Shown one piece after another: positions 10,218 to 20,566 of a stretch of 64,000 nt of DNA (positions within the stretch are counted from its first letter, which is position 1; the number at the start of each line of letters is the position of its first letter). The position numbers were made by a program, and so were the translations under genes. This DNA is from an uncultured Candidatus Rokubacteria bacterium (GTDB lineage Bacteria; Methylomirabilota; Methylomirabilia; Rokubacteriales; CSP1-6): contig CAVWFS010000019.1 of NCBI GenBank assembly GCA_963754315.1, positions 736,001 to 800,000 of the forward strand, read 5' to 3'. The notes beneath the pieces are model-generated. The model saw only the letters and a list, made by a program, of their open reading frames with translations. It had not been told where the DNA came from and made no database searches.

Positions 10218-11579
10218 ATGGATCGGCGTATCAGAAACCTGGCAGATCAGCTCGACGCGGGCCTCATTGCCCGACGCGAGTTTCTCAGAAAATCGGCCGT
10301 CATCACCGGAGGAACGGCGGCAGGCCTGCACGTGCTCCGCTCGATGGCCCACGCCCAGAGCGGTCCGAAGCTCCGCGTCTGGCTCTTCAAGAGCTTCGTC
10401 ACCGCCGGCAACGACGTCCTGGCCAAGCAGATCGAGGCCTGGGGAACCGAGCGGAAGGTCCAGGTGGAAACGGACTGGGCCACCTTCGGTGATCGCGAGC
10501 AGAAGTTCGTGGCCGCCATCGAGGCCGGCAACCCCCCCGACCTGGCCGAGATGAATGCGCAGGGTCCGCTGCGCTACAAGGCGGCGCTGCGCGACGTGAC
10601 CGCACTGGGTAAGGATATCGCCGCCGCGCGGGGAGGCTTGCTTCCCCACGCTGAGAGGTACGTCGTGATCGGCGGGCAGTACTTCGCGGTGGCCCGCCAG
10701 ACGTGGCCCGATGGATTCTTCGTCCGCAAGGACCTTCTCGATGCCAAGGGCGTGAAGCTCCCCAAGACCTACGATCCCGAGGTCGTCGAGATGGCCAAGA
10801 AGTGCCAGGACCCCGCCCAGGACCTGTGGGGATTTGGCCAGACCCTGAACCGCTCCGACGATGGCAACGGCTTCATGCAGAACATCCTCTGGAATTACGG
10901 TGGCAGCTCGTGGGACAAGGACGGCAAACCCGCCCTGGCCACGACATTCTTCAAGCAGAACCTGGCCGCGCTCCAGTTCGCCGTGGACACCATCCAGAAG
11001 TACAAGATCCAGCCCCCAGGGGTCATGGGCTGGACGGATGTCCACAACAACGAGGCCTACATGGCCGGCAAGCTCGTGAGCACGAACAACGGCGCCAGCC
11101 TCTACTACGCCATGGTGGCCAAGAAGCACCCTCTAGCCGAGAAGACCCTCGTCATTCAGACCCCGGGCGGACCCGCTGGTTCCTTCCTGGCCGCCGGTTG
11201 CTACAACTGGGGGATCTTCAAGCAGTCGAAGAACGTCGAGCTCTGCGAGGACCTCATCCGCTGGGTGGAAGACGAGAAGCGCTTCGAGGAGTACATGAAG
11301 GCCTCCATCGGCCAGGCCGGTCCTGTCTACAAAGTGCGCGCGGAGAATCCGTACTGGAAGTCCGATCCGAACTTCTGGGGCATGCTCCAGAACGTCCTGC
11401 GTGGGGTATGGCCGGGCTATCCCGGTCCCATCACCCCCGCCGCCATCGAGTTGCAGGCCCAGTACATCCTGTGCGACATGGCGGGACGCGTGGTAACGGG
11501 GGGGCTGTCGGCGGAGGCTGCCCTCAAGGAAGCCCACAGGCGCGTGGAGGACATCTACAAGATCCGTAGTCGCGCCTAG
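10218..11579 (+). CDS. Carbohydrate-family ABC substrate-binding protein with Tat signal
   Basis: ARREFLR twin-arginine motif, AHAQ cleavage site, AGNPPD motif; followed by two permeases. Confidence 0.88.
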   Translation: MDRRIRNLADQLDAGLIARREFLRKSAVITGGTAAGLHVLRSMAHAQSGPKLRVWLFKSFVTAGNDVLAKQIEAWGTERKVQVETDWATFGDREQKFVAAIEAGNPPDLAEMNAQGPLRYKAALRDVTALGKDIAAARGGLLPHAERYVVIGGQYFAVARQTWPDGFFVRKDLLDAKGVKLPKTYDPEVVEMAKKCQDPAQDLWGFGQTLNRSDDGNGFMQNILWNYGGSSWDKDGKPALATTFFKQNLAALQFAVDTIQKYKIQPPGVMGWTDVHNNEAYMAGKLVSTNNGASLYYAMVAKKHPLAEKTLVIQTPGGPAGSFLAAGCYNWGIFKQSKNVELCEDLIRWVEDEKRFEEYMKASIGQAGPVYKVRAENPYWKSDPNFWGMLQNVLRGVWPGYPGPITPAAIELQAQYILCDMAGRVVTGGLSAEAALKEAHRRVEDIYKIRSRA

Positions 11580-11593
11580 CGAGGGAGACGAGC

Positions 11594-12547
11594 ATGGCCA
11601 CTCCTGCCGCGCGGCTTCGCACCGACGTCGCGCTCCCGGAACAGCGAGGCGGGTCGGTCGGTCTCAGGCGAGTGCTGGGGACCGACTACCGCCTGGGATT
11701 CATCTTCGTGGCGCCGATGGTGGTGCTGGTGCTGGCGCTGGTCGCCTATCCCTTCTGCTATGCGATCTATCTCAGCATGACCCAGAAGTTCGTGGGCATG
11801 CCGCCCGTGTTCGTCGGCCTCGAGAACTACATCCGGCTGGCCAGCGACGGGTTCTTCCAGCGCGCGGTGGTGAACTCGTTCGTCTTCACCTTCACCTCGG
11901 TGGTGGGCAAGCTGCTGCTCGGCATGCTCATGGCGCTGGTGCTGACCTCCCGGATCCGCTTCCGGAGCCTCTTCACCGGCCTGCTCCTCATCCCCTGGGT
12001 GGCCCCCACCGTCGTGTCCGCCCTCAATTTCCTCTGGATCTACGACGGCAGCCTCGGCGTCCTCAACTATCTGCTGGTCAAGGTATTCCGGATCCTGCCG
12101 CAGGGCGTGGGCTGGCTCAGCGAGCCGGGGACGGCCATGGCCTCGGTCATCTTCGTCAACATCTGGCGCGGCTTCCCCTTCTTCGGCATCTCGTTCCTGG
12201 CCGGCATGAAGAGCATCCCGGCCGAGATGTACGAGGCGGCCGCGGTGGATGGGGCCAACGTGGTCCAGCGCTTCCGCCACGTGACCCTGCCCGGCATTCG
12301 CAACATCGTGATCATCGTCATCCTGCTCTCGACCATCTGGACCTTCAACGACTTCGCCATCGTCTACATCCTCACCAAGGGCGGCCCTGGTGGCGCCACG
12401 CAGGTCTTGCCCGTCTTCGCCTACGAGATGGCCTTTGGCGCCCAGCGGCTCGGTGAAGCGATCGCCGTCGCCCTCTACATGCTGCCCGGGCTCGCTCTCG
12501 TCATCATCATGCTGGCGCGCTACATGCGGCGGGGGCAGGCGCGATGA
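11594..12547 (+). CDS. Carbohydrate ABC permease (MalF-like)
   Basis: EAA motif YEAAAVDGA, TKGGP and hydrophobic helices. Confidence 0.92.
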   Translation: MATPAARLRTDVALPEQRGGSVGLRRVLGTDYRLGFIFVAPMVVLVLALVAYPFCYAIYLSMTQKFVGMPPVFVGLENYIRLASDGFFQRAVVNSFVFTFTSVVGKLLLGMLMALVLTSRIRFRSLFTGLLLIPWVAPTVVSALNFLWIYDGSLGVLNYLLVKVFRILPQGVGWLSEPGTAMASVIFVNIWRGFPFFGISFLAGMKSIPAEMYEAAAVDGANVVQRFRHVTLPGIRNIVIIVILLSTIWTFNDFAIVYILTKGGPGGATQVLPVFAYEMAFGAQRLGEAIAVALYMLPGLALVIIMLARYMRRGQAR

Positions 12548-13383
12548 GCAAGGTGGCCATCGAACGGATGCAGAGCGGTCTCGCCTACGGGTTCCTGGGC
12601 ATCCTGCTGGTCCTCGTGCTCTTCCCCTTCTACTGGATGACCATCACCTCGTTCAAGAACGAGGACCAGATGCGGAGTCTCGTCTCCATGTTCTGGCCCT
12701 CGCCCGCCGTGCTCGAAAACTACTACCAGCTCCTGACCAAGACGGACTTCACCATCTGGTTCCGTAACAGTGCCGTGGTGGCCGTCTCCAGCACGCTCCT
12801 GGCGACCGCCATCGGCACCATCGGCGCCTACGCCCTCGCTCGGCTACGCTTCCTGGGGCGCGCGTTCCTCTCGAGCACCGTGCTCATCACGTACCTCGTA
12901 CCGCCGGCAATCCTGTTCATCCCCCTCTACGCCCAGATCCGTACGCTCGGGCTGTCCGACAGCCTGGCCGGCCTGATCGCCACGTATCCGAGCTTCACCG
13001 TGCCGTTCGTGACCTGGCTGCTCATGGGCTACTTCGAGTCCATCCCGGTGGAACTCGAGGAAGCAGCCATGATCGACGGCGCCACGCGATTCCGTGCCTT
13101 CCGGGTCATCATCCTGCCATTGGCGGCGCCGGGCCTCCTGGCCGCCGGCCTCTACGCGTTCACGCAGGCCTGGAACGAGTTCCTCTACGCCCTGGTCTTC
13201 ATCACTGACGTCAAGCAGCGGACCTTGCCGGTGGGGATCTCGGGCTTCATCACCGGCGACGTGTATGGCTGGGGCTACTTGATGGCGGGCGCCGTCCTGA
13301 CCACCTTGCCCGTCATCCTCGTCTACATTTACCTCCAGAAGTACATGGTCGAGGGGCTCACGGCCGGCAGCGTGAAGGGGTAG
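12544..13383 (+). CDS. Carbohydrate ABC permease (MalG-like)
   Basis: LEEAAMIDGA, AWNEF and GLTAGSVKG. Confidence 0.92.
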   Translation: MSKVAIERMQSGLAYGFLGILLVLVLFPFYWMTITSFKNEDQMRSLVSMFWPSPAVLENYYQLLTKTDFTIWFRNSAVVAVSSTLLATAIGTIGAYALARLRFLGRAFLSSTVLITYLVPPAILFIPLYAQIRTLGLSDSLAGLIATYPSFTVPFVTWLLMGYFESIPVELEEAAMIDGATRFRAFRVIILPLAAPGLLAAGLYAFTQAWNEFLYALVFITDVKQRTLPVGISGFITGDVYGWGYLMAGAVLTTLPVILVYIYLQKYMVEGLTAGSVKG

Positions 13384-13396
13384 ACCGAGGATCGTC

Positions 13397-13888
13397 ATGT
13401 CGGCCCTGAACGAGCTTCTGACGCAACGGGTGGCGCGCTTCGTAGACCGCCGCGGCGACTGGGACGCCTTTGCCGACGCGCGGGTGGAGGGCTACCGCCG
13501 CGCTCAGCATCGGTTCATCGGCTCGGGGGCGTCCGGCAAGATCGATCCGAGTGTGATCCCGGCCGAGCATTTCACCCTCAGCGTGATGTTCGTCCCCCCG
13601 GGCCAGGGAAACGCTGCCCACCTCCACGAAGTTGAGGAGGTCTTCTTCATCCTGGCCGGTAAGGTGCTCGTTTTCCTCGAGGACGAGGCCGGCAACCGTG
13701 CGGAGACCGTCCTGGGCCCCTGGGACTGCGTTTCGTGTCCCGCCAACGTCGTGCACGGCTTTCAGAACGTGGGGCTCGAGCCGGCCTATCTACAAGTCAT
13801 GCTGGGGAAGGCTCGACCGGACCTCATGAGCTACACCGACCGCGAGCTACAGCAGCGCCGGGACGAGCACCTGGCCCCGCGGCGCTGA
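13397..13888 (+). CDS. Cupin domain protein
   Basis: PGQGNAAHLHEVEEVFFILAG and PANVVHGF cupin motifs. Confidence 0.88.
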   Translation: MSALNELLTQRVARFVDRRGDWDAFADARVEGYRRAQHRFIGSGASGKIDPSVIPAEHFTLSVMFVPPGQGNAAHLHEVEEVFFILAGKVLVFLEDEAGNRAETVLGPWDCVSCPANVVHGFQNVGLEPAYLQVMLGKARPDLMSYTDRELQQRRDEHLAPRR

Positions 13889-13915
13889 CTTCGCGCCGCG
13901 TCCTGATCCGCTCGC

Positions 13916-15082
13916 TCAGGGAGTCGCCCGGAGAGCAGCGCGCATTCGATCGAGGGCCTGCCCTAGAACGCTGCGTGGGCATCCGAAGTTGAGCCGCACG
14001 AAGCCCTGACCGTTCTTGCCGAACAAGGCCCCGTCGTTCATGGCTACCCGGGCTCGCTCCAAGAAGAACGTAAATGGGTCTCGGGCCGCCGCGCCGGCCT
14101 CCCGACAGTCGAGCCACGCGAGATACGTCCCCTCCGGTTCCACCATTGACACCCCCGCCAGGTGCTGCCGCACGAAGCGCCCGAGAAAGTCACGGTTGGC
14201 TTCCAGGTAGCGCAGGAGGTCGTCGAGCCAGGGCTGACCATCCCGGTAGGCGGCCAGGGCCGCGGTGTACCCGAGGATGTTCACCGTCTGCACCATATCT
14301 ACCCGGGCGGCGATGAAACGCTCCCGTAATGCCTGATCGGGAATGATGGCGACCGAGCACTTGAGGCCAGCCAGATTGAAGGTTTTGCTCGGCGCCATCA
14401 AGGTCACTGTTCGCGCAGCGATCTCCTCATCGAGCGAGGCGATCGGCACGTGCCGGAGCCCCGAGAAGACGAGGTCGCAATGGATTTCGTCCGCCACGAT
14501 GGCCAGGCCACGCTTCAGGCAGACCTCGGCGAGTCGCGACAGCTCTTCACGGGTGAAGACGCGCCCGACCGGATTGTGGGGATTGCAGAGCAGCAGCACT
14601 CGCGTATCCGGCTTGATCGTCGCCTCGAGGGCAGCCTGGTCGACGCTGTAGCGGCCTGCCCCATCGCGCGCGAGCGGCACCTCGTCGAAGCGCAGGCCCA
14701 GGTTGCCGGGTACCCGGAGCAGGGGAGGATAGAGCGGCGTCTGCATGAGGATCCCCTGCCCCGGCGCGGTCAGCATCCGGCAGGCGACGTTGAAGCCCGG
14801 GATGACGCCAGGAATGGGCAGGACGGCGTCAGGCGGGACTCGCCACCCGTAGCGCTTCTGTAGGCGGTCAGCGAAGATCTCGTTGAGTTCCGTCACCTCG
14901 AGCTGATGGCCGTAACCGAAAACACCATGCTCGACCCGCTCCCGAAGAGCGCGAATCACCGGCTCCGGCGACGCGAAATCCATGTCCGCCACCCACAGCG
15001 GCAACACGTCGGAAGAATACTTGAACCACTTCGAGCTGCCAGTGCCTCGGCGCTCGACAACACGGTCGAAGTCGTGGGTCAT
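13916..15082 (-). CDS. PatB/MalY-family PLP-dependent C-S lyase
   Basis: LPLWVADMDF, LCNPHNPVGR, DEIH, PSKTFNLAG and RLNFGCP motifs. Confidence 0.92.
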   Translation of the reverse strand: MTHDFDRVVERRGTGSSKWFKYSSDVLPLWVADMDFASPEPVIRALRERVEHGVFGYGHQLEVTELNEIFADRLQKRYGWRVPPDAVLPIPGVIPGFNVACRMLTAPGQGILMQTPLYPPLLRVPGNLGLRFDEVPLARDGAGRYSVDQAALEATIKPDTRVLLLCNPHNPVGRVFTREELSRLAEVCLKRGLAIVADEIHCDLVFSGLRHVPIASLDEEIAARTVTLMAPSKTFNLAGLKCSVAIIPDQALRERFIAARVDMVQTVNILGYTAALAAYRDGQPWLDDLLRYLEANRDFLGRFVRQHLAGVSMVEPEGTYLAWLDCREAGAAARDPFTFFLERARVAMNDGALFGKNGQGFVRLNFGCPRSVLGQALDRMRAALRATP

Positions 15083-15159
15083 GGCCCCGATGATATACCG
15101 ACCGGGGCGACCAATCTCCCATCGGGTGCCTCTGTAGTACCATCGGGAATCCTTCGCAC

Positions 15160-15952
15160 ATGACGACGCACGTGACGGCTGCGGCGGAGTGGCTATCGGT
15201 CGGGAACATCGACCCTCGAGGTCGTGCGCCGGGGCGTGGGGCGGCCGGTGCTGCTCCTGCACGGGCTCCAGAACATCGATGCGCGCGCGCCGTTCCTCGA
15301 TCTACTCGGCCAGCACGCCGAGGTTATCGCCCCTTCACATCCCGGATTCGGCCGATCCACGCGCCCGTCCGACTTCGAGACGGTGTACGATCTTGTCCAT
15401 CTGTATCTGGAGCTTCTCGACGGTTTGCCCTACGAGAAGGTGAGTCTCGTGGGATTGTCCTTCGGAGGCTGGTTGGCGGCGGAGATTGCCGTGAAGTGCA
15501 GCCATCGGCTGGACCGGCTGGTCCTGGTGGACGCATTGGGTATAAAGCTCAGCGACCGGGAGACGCCCGACATTCTCGACGTCTTCAACGCCTCCCCGCA
15601 CGAGGTGCAGCAACGAAGCTGGCATGATCCGGCGAGATGGGCGCCGAACTTCGACGCGATGACGGACGACGAGCTGGTCATTCGGGCCCGAAACTGGGAG
15701 GCGCTGTGTCTGTACGGCTGGCACCCCTATATGTACAACCCACAGTTGAAACGCTGGCTCCGACGCGTCAAGACGCCGACGCTCGTGCTGTGGGGCGCCA
15801 GTGACCAAATCGTGACGTGTTCCTACGGCCAGGCGTTCAGCGACTTGATCCCGGGCGCGCGTTTCCAGCTGATCGAGGGGGCAGGACACCACCCCGAGAT
15901 CGAGCAGCCCGAGATCTTCGTCGATCGCCTAGTGAATTTCTTGGACCATTAA
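15160..15952 (+). CDS. Alpha/beta hydrolase; +1 frameshift at CCC 15213-15215 (probable sequencing error)
   Basis: LLLHG, HPGFGRS, GLSFGG nucleophile elbow and GAGH; deleting one C joins ATG 15160 to give NIDLEVVRRGVGRPVLLLHG. Confidence 0.85.
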
Positions 15953-15953
15953 G

Positions 15954-16072
15954 TTTGGGGGGCCATGTCGGGGCCCCCCAATGGACGACCAGTGTGACCG
16001 AGGCGCGCCACGGGTCCCCCGGGGCGTGCCGAGCGTTGGGGGGTTTGGGGGGCCATGTCGGGGCCCCCCATC
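15954..16072. repeat. Palindromic repeat: full copy plus a duplicated first hairpin
   Basis: TTGGGGGGCCATGTCGGGGCCCCCCA occurs twice, 90 nt apart (about 15955 and 16045); 15991-16071 is a reverse-complement homolog of 2882-2963. Confidence 0.85.
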
Positions 16073-16088
16073 CAAAAAGGAGCGCACC

Positions 16089-17309
16089 ATGGACGTGTGG
16101 TTCCACAACGAAAATCCATATCCCTTCGTGCCGCCCGAGGTCCTCAACCGGGCCGACTCCGTGCGCGCCAGCCTGCCCAACAAGTACTGTGATCCCAAGA
16201 TTGCCGCCGACCTGTTCGAGGAGGTCCTCGACGAGTTTCTCCTGTGCGATGACGAGGGGCTGAACGTCGTAGCCATCGAGCACCATGCCGGCATCAACTC
16301 CCTCTTCGGAGCCAACCCGCTCATTCTCGGCATCCTCGCACGCCAGACGCGCAAGTCCCGGATCCTTAGCCTGGGGACGTTGATCTCCCTGAGGGCTGAC
16401 CCGGTGAGAGTGGCCGAGGAGTACGCAACGGCCGACGTCATCTCCCGAGGGCGGCTGGAGATCGGCTACGTGAAGTCAGGGGGCAGCGAGATGGCGTCAA
16501 ACAACGCGAACCCCGTGAACAACATCGAGCGCTACTGGGAGGCCATAGATCTCGTCACCAAAGCCCTCACGCACCAGGAGGGGCCGTTCAGCTGGGAAGG
16601 GAAGCACTACACGCACCGCCACGTCAACATCTGGCCCCGGCCGTGGCAGCAGCCCCATCCTCGGATGTGGGCGGCCACGGGCGATCCAGACACGGCAGGT
16701 GAGGTGGGTCGCCGAGGCCTGGTCAACGTTCTCGTTCTGCGAGGCCCGGAGGGAACGAAGCGCGCGTGGACTGCCTACCGTAAGGCGCGCGTGGAGGCTG
16801 GGCTGCCCGCGGTGAGCTCCGACCACTTCGGCTACGCGGCGCTCCTCTACGTCGGTGACACCCACGAAGAAGGCGTCCGCGTGGGTAGCAAGCTCCTGTG
16901 GTTCCTCAATACCAGCCTCAAGTCGGCGCCGCAGTATGCGAGGTTCCTTCCGGGGACAGTGCCGCCCACGCACGCCCCGCAGGTCTACCGCAGCGCCGCC
17001 AAGCCGGGGGCTGTGACGAACGGAGGGGCTGGAACCAAGCCGGTTGCCTCGGCCAGCCAGAACGCGGCCACTCTCATGGGTATGAACGCCGACCAGGCGA
17101 TGCAAGCAGGCATACTGTTCGCGGGAAGCCCCGACACCGTCTACCGGCAGATCATGGAGTTCTCCGACAAGGTTGGCCCCTTCGGACATCTCGTCATGGT
17201 CGGGCGTTCAGGATTCATGACACACGCGGAGACCGAGAAGGGCATCAAGCTGTTCGCGAAGGAAGTGCTGCCGCGCCTCAAAGAGATTGCGCCCGTCACC
17301 GTACGCTAA
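16089..17309 (+). CDS. LLM-class flavin-dependent monooxygenase
   Basis: IEHH, PVRVAEEYATADVISRGRL, WPRPWQQPHP and LFAKEVLP; ATG follows AAGGAG. Confidence 0.9.
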   Translation: MDVWFHNENPYPFVPPEVLNRADSVRASLPNKYCDPKIAADLFEEVLDEFLLCDDEGLNVVAIEHHAGINSLFGANPLILGILARQTRKSRILSLGTLISLRADPVRVAEEYATADVISRGRLEIGYVKSGGSEMASNNANPVNNIERYWEAIDLVTKALTHQEGPFSWEGKHYTHRHVNIWPRPWQQPHPRMWAATGDPDTAGEVGRRGLVNVLVLRGPEGTKRAWTAYRKARVEAGLPAVSSDHFGYAALLYVGDTHEEGVRVGSKLLWFLNTSLKSAPQYARFLPGTVPPTHAPQVYRSAAKPGAVTNGGAGTKPVASASQNAATLMGMNADQAMQAGILFAGSPDTVYRQIMEFSDKVGPFGHLVMVGRSGFMTHAETEKGIKLFAKEVLPRLKEIAPVTVR

Positions 17310-17348
17310 GGATCGCGTCAGGCACGGTTGCCCGCCTGACTGCGCCAC

Positions 17349-18689
17349 GTGGATGAGAGGAGGCTGTGGATGGTCGCTTGGCGATTGACCCGTCGTGGTT
17401 TTCTGCAGACGGCTGCCGTAGGCATTAGCGCGGGGCCCTTCGTCTGGACTCCAGCGGGCGCGCAGGGTTTCAACTGGAAGCGCTTCCAGGGCAAAGAGCT
17501 TTTCCTTCTCCTGACCAAGCATCCCTTCATCGATGTGCTCGAGAAGAACATTCCCGAGTTCGAGTCACTCTCGGGAATGAAGGTGAAGTGGGAAACACTG
17601 CCCGAGATCCAAGCACGGCAGAAGCTCACGGTCGAGATGACGGCAAATTCCGGGGGGATCGACGCCTTCTTCACCTCGCTCCATGTGGAGAAGAAACGGT
17701 TCTGGAAGGCCGGCTGGTACCATCCGCTGAATCAGTTTCTCCAGGATGCGACCTTGACCAGCCCCGACTTCGACTGGAACGATTTCTCCTCAGGCGCCCG
17801 GGCCGGCGTCACCCAGCCGGACGGCAGCATCTCCGCCCTGGCCGCCTTTATCGACGCCAACGTGTTTTTCTACCGGAAGGATCTTTTCGGTCCCAAAGGG
17901 CTCACCCCGCCCAAAACCCTTGCCGATCTCGAGACCCTGGCCCAGAAGCTCCATGCTCCACCGAGCACATACGGCATCGTGCTACGTGGGCTGAAGAACG
18001 CCAATGCCACTCAGTACCCCAGTATTCTCTTCCCGATGGGCGGGACCTACCTCAAGGATGGTAAGGCTGCTCTGGACAGCAAGGAGCAGGTGGCCGCGCT
18101 CGATCTGTATACTCGCCTCCTCCGGCAATACGGACCGCCCGGCGTGGTCAACTTCAACTGGTACGAGTGCTCGGCGTCTTTCATGCAGGGGCAAGTGGCC
18201 ATCTACATGGACGGTGTCAATTTTGCGAGCCAGTTCGAGGATGCCGCCAAGTCCAAGGTGATCGGCAAGGTTGGCTACGCTGTTCTGCCCTCAGGACCTG
18301 GGGGGCATTTCTCGCCCATCTACATCACCGGAATGGCCGTCTCCGCGCAAAGCCGGAACAAGGAGGCCGCCTATCTCTTTGCCCAGTGGGCAACGAACAA
18401 GTCGAACGCCGTGCGTGAGCTGATGGCCGGCGTGGGGGTCGGTCGGACCTCGACGTGGGACAGTCCGGAGGTGAAGGCCAAGCCGAAGATGCCCGCTGAC
18501 TGGTATCAGGCCTACCAGGCCTCGCTCAAGATCGGCCGCCAGGGATTGCCGGAGATCGTCGGTGTCACTGAATATCGGGACATCATCGGAGTGGCCATCC
18601 AGAAGGGCATCGAGGGGGCGCCGGCCGCCCAGGTTCTCGCCCACGCCCAGAAGGATTTTCAGGATCTCCTCAATCGGACAGAGGGCTAG
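17349..18689 (+). CDS. Sugar-family ABC substrate-binding protein with Tat signal
   Basis: TRRGFLQ twin-arginine signal, FYRKDLF and FMQGQVA; permeases downstream. Confidence 0.88.
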   Translation: MDERRLWMVAWRLTRRGFLQTAAVGISAGPFVWTPAGAQGFNWKRFQGKELFLLLTKHPFIDVLEKNIPEFESLSGMKVKWETLPEIQARQKLTVEMTANSGGIDAFFTSLHVEKKRFWKAGWYHPLNQFLQDATLTSPDFDWNDFSSGARAGVTQPDGSISALAAFIDANVFFYRKDLFGPKGLTPPKTLADLETLAQKLHAPPSTYGIVLRGLKNANATQYPSILFPMGGTYLKDGKAALDSKEQVAALDLYTRLLRQYGPPGVVNFNWYECSASFMQGQVAIYMDGVNFASQFEDAAKSKVIGKVGYAVLPSGPGGHFSPIYITGMAVSAQSRNKEAAYLFAQWATNKSNAVRELMAGVGVGRTSTWDSPEVKAKPKMPADWYQAYQASLKIGRQGLPEIVGVTEYRDIIGVAIQKGIEGAPAAQVLAHAQKDFQDLLNRTEG

Positions 18690-18706
18690 CGCGCACTAAG
18701 GGCCGC

Positions 18707-19597
18707 ATGTTCCTCGGCCCCTTGGGGCGGTGGGCGCACCACCGCGCGCAGTGGCTCTTCCCGGCCCCGGCCGTGCTGCTGGTGGCGGTCATCATCGTCT
18801 ACCCGATCGCCTATACAGTATGGATGAGCCTTCAGGAATGGTTCGCCTCGAGCCTGACCCCGCCTCGCTTCGTCGGTGCGTCGAACTACGGCAAGATCCT
18901 TTTCGGGGACGTGCGGTTCCGCGATGCGGTGGCCCGGACCATCTACTTCACCGTCCTGGCCGTGGCCGCCGAGACGGTGCTCGGCGTGGCGATGGCACTG
19001 CTCTTCAACCGCGAGTTCTGGGGGCGGGGGTTGCTCCGCACCCTGGCCATCTTGCCCATGGTGGCGACCCCAACCGCCATCGCCCTCGTGTTTGTCATGA
19101 TGTATCACCCGACGCTGGGCGTCGCGAACTATCTGTTGTCGTTGACCGGACTGCCTCCCTTTCGCTGGACATACTCGAGCCAAACCGCCCTCTATGCCCT
19201 GGCCTTGGTGGATGTCTGGCAGTGGACGCCACTGATCATGCTTATCGCCCTGGCCGGGCTCGCCAGCCTGCCCCGGGAACCCTACGAAGCCGCTCACCTG
19301 GACGGGGCCTCACCGCTCCGGGCGTTCTGGCACATCACCTTGCCGCTACTCCGGCCGACGCTCGTGGTGGCGATCCTCTTTCGGGCCATCGACGCGCTGA
19401 AGACCTTTGACATCATCTTCGTGATGACCCAGGGCGGTCCCGCCAACGCCACCGAGACCATCAACATCCTGCTCTTCAACCAGGCGTTCTCCTATTTCAA
19501 CATGGGCTATGCCGCCTCGATGGCCGTCGCCCTCTTCGCCCTGGTCATGGGCGCCTCGCTGATCCTGATCAAGGTGCGGAGGACGACCGCGTGGTAA
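18707..19597 (+). CDS. Carbohydrate ABC permease
   Basis: DVWQWTP, YEAAHLDGA and TQGGP. Confidence 0.92.
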   Translation: MFLGPLGRWAHHRAQWLFPAPAVLLVAVIIVYPIAYTVWMSLQEWFASSLTPPRFVGASNYGKILFGDVRFRDAVARTIYFTVLAVAAETVLGVAMALLFNREFWGRGLLRTLAILPMVATPTAIALVFVMMYHPTLGVANYLLSLTGLPPFRWTYSSQTALYALALVDVWQWTPLIMLIALAGLASLPREPYEAAHLDGASPLRAFWHITLPLLRPTLVVAILFRAIDALKTFDIIFVMTQGGPANATETINILLFNQAFSYFNMGYAASMAVALFALVMGASLILIKVRRTTAW

Positions 19598-20424
19598 GGG
19601 GAGGCTCTCGGTACCAGTGGCTGTCCACCGTCGGATTCTATGGGCTGGCCGCCCTCTTCATGCTCCCCACGATCTTCGTCTTCTACTGGATGATTACTCT
19701 GTCCCTCAAGCCTCAGGTGGAAGCGACCGCCTTTCCGCCCTCCTTCGTACGCTTCAACATCACTGCGGCCGGGTATCGGGAGGTCTTCACCAAGTATCCG
19801 TTCTTCCTCTACACCTGGAACAGCCTGGTGGTGGCCACGGGCTGTACGGCGCTCGGACTCGCGGTGGGATTGCCGGCCGCCTACTCCATCGCTCACTGGC
19901 GCCAGCAGCGGTTAGCCGTGGTCATTCTGGTCGCACGGATCATTCCCGGCATCGCCTATCTCATTCCCTGGTACATCGTGTTCAGGCACCTCCGGATGGT
20001 GGACACCTACGGAGCTCTGATCCTGACTCACCTCATCGTCGGGCTCCCTATCATCATCTGGGTCATGATCTCGTTCTTCGAAGACGTGCCGGCCGACCTC
20101 GAGGACGCCGCCCTCATCGACGGCTGCTCCCACCTCGGCGTTTTTTGGCTCATCGCGCTGCCGCTCGTCAAGCCGGGGGTGGTGGCAACGGGGATTCTGT
20201 CCTTCGTGTTCTCCTGGAACAATTTCCTGTTCTCGGTGATCCTGGCCGGACGGACCACCCGCACGCTCCCCATCGCCGTGTACAACATGATCTCGTACGA
20301 GGAGATCAACTGGGGTACGCTGGCCGCCGCCGCCACCCTCATTACGCTGCCCGTGCTCTTGGTGGCCCTCCTCGCCCAGCGCCACATCGTGACCGGCCTC
20401 ACCTTCGGGGCCGTGAAGCAGTAG
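19591..20424 (+). CDS. Carbohydrate ABC permease
   Basis: LEDAALIDG, FSWNNF and GLTFGAVK. Confidence 0.92.
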   Translation: MVRGGSRYQWLSTVGFYGLAALFMLPTIFVFYWMITLSLKPQVEATAFPPSFVRFNITAAGYREVFTKYPFFLYTWNSLVVATGCTALGLAVGLPAAYSIAHWRQQRLAVVILVARIIPGIAYLIPWYIVFRHLRMVDTYGALILTHLIVGLPIIIWVMISFFEDVPADLEDAALIDGCSHLGVFWLIALPLVKPGVVATGILSFVFSWNNFLFSVILAGRTTRTLPIAVYNMISYEEINWGTLAAAATLITLPVLLVALLAQRHIVTGLTFGAVKQ

Positions 20425-20566
20425 CTATCCTAGGGCGCCATTCCCGACGCCTCGATCCATGACCCGTGACCTCTCCCTCATGCTATCTTCGTCACTCGTG
20501 GGGGCGCCAAGGCTCCGTGAGCGCCTCGCTCGCAACGCTATCCGCGTATGACGGGAGAGCCGTCCC

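Noticed and set aside
15954..16072. CRISPR array
   Set aside because: Only two repeat copies, the spacer is itself part of the dispersed element, and there are no cas genes in the window.
10218..20424. Two sugar ABC operons lacking an ATPase as a novelty
   Set aside because: Sharing an ATPase encoded elsewhere (MsmX/MsiK type) is common for this transporter family.
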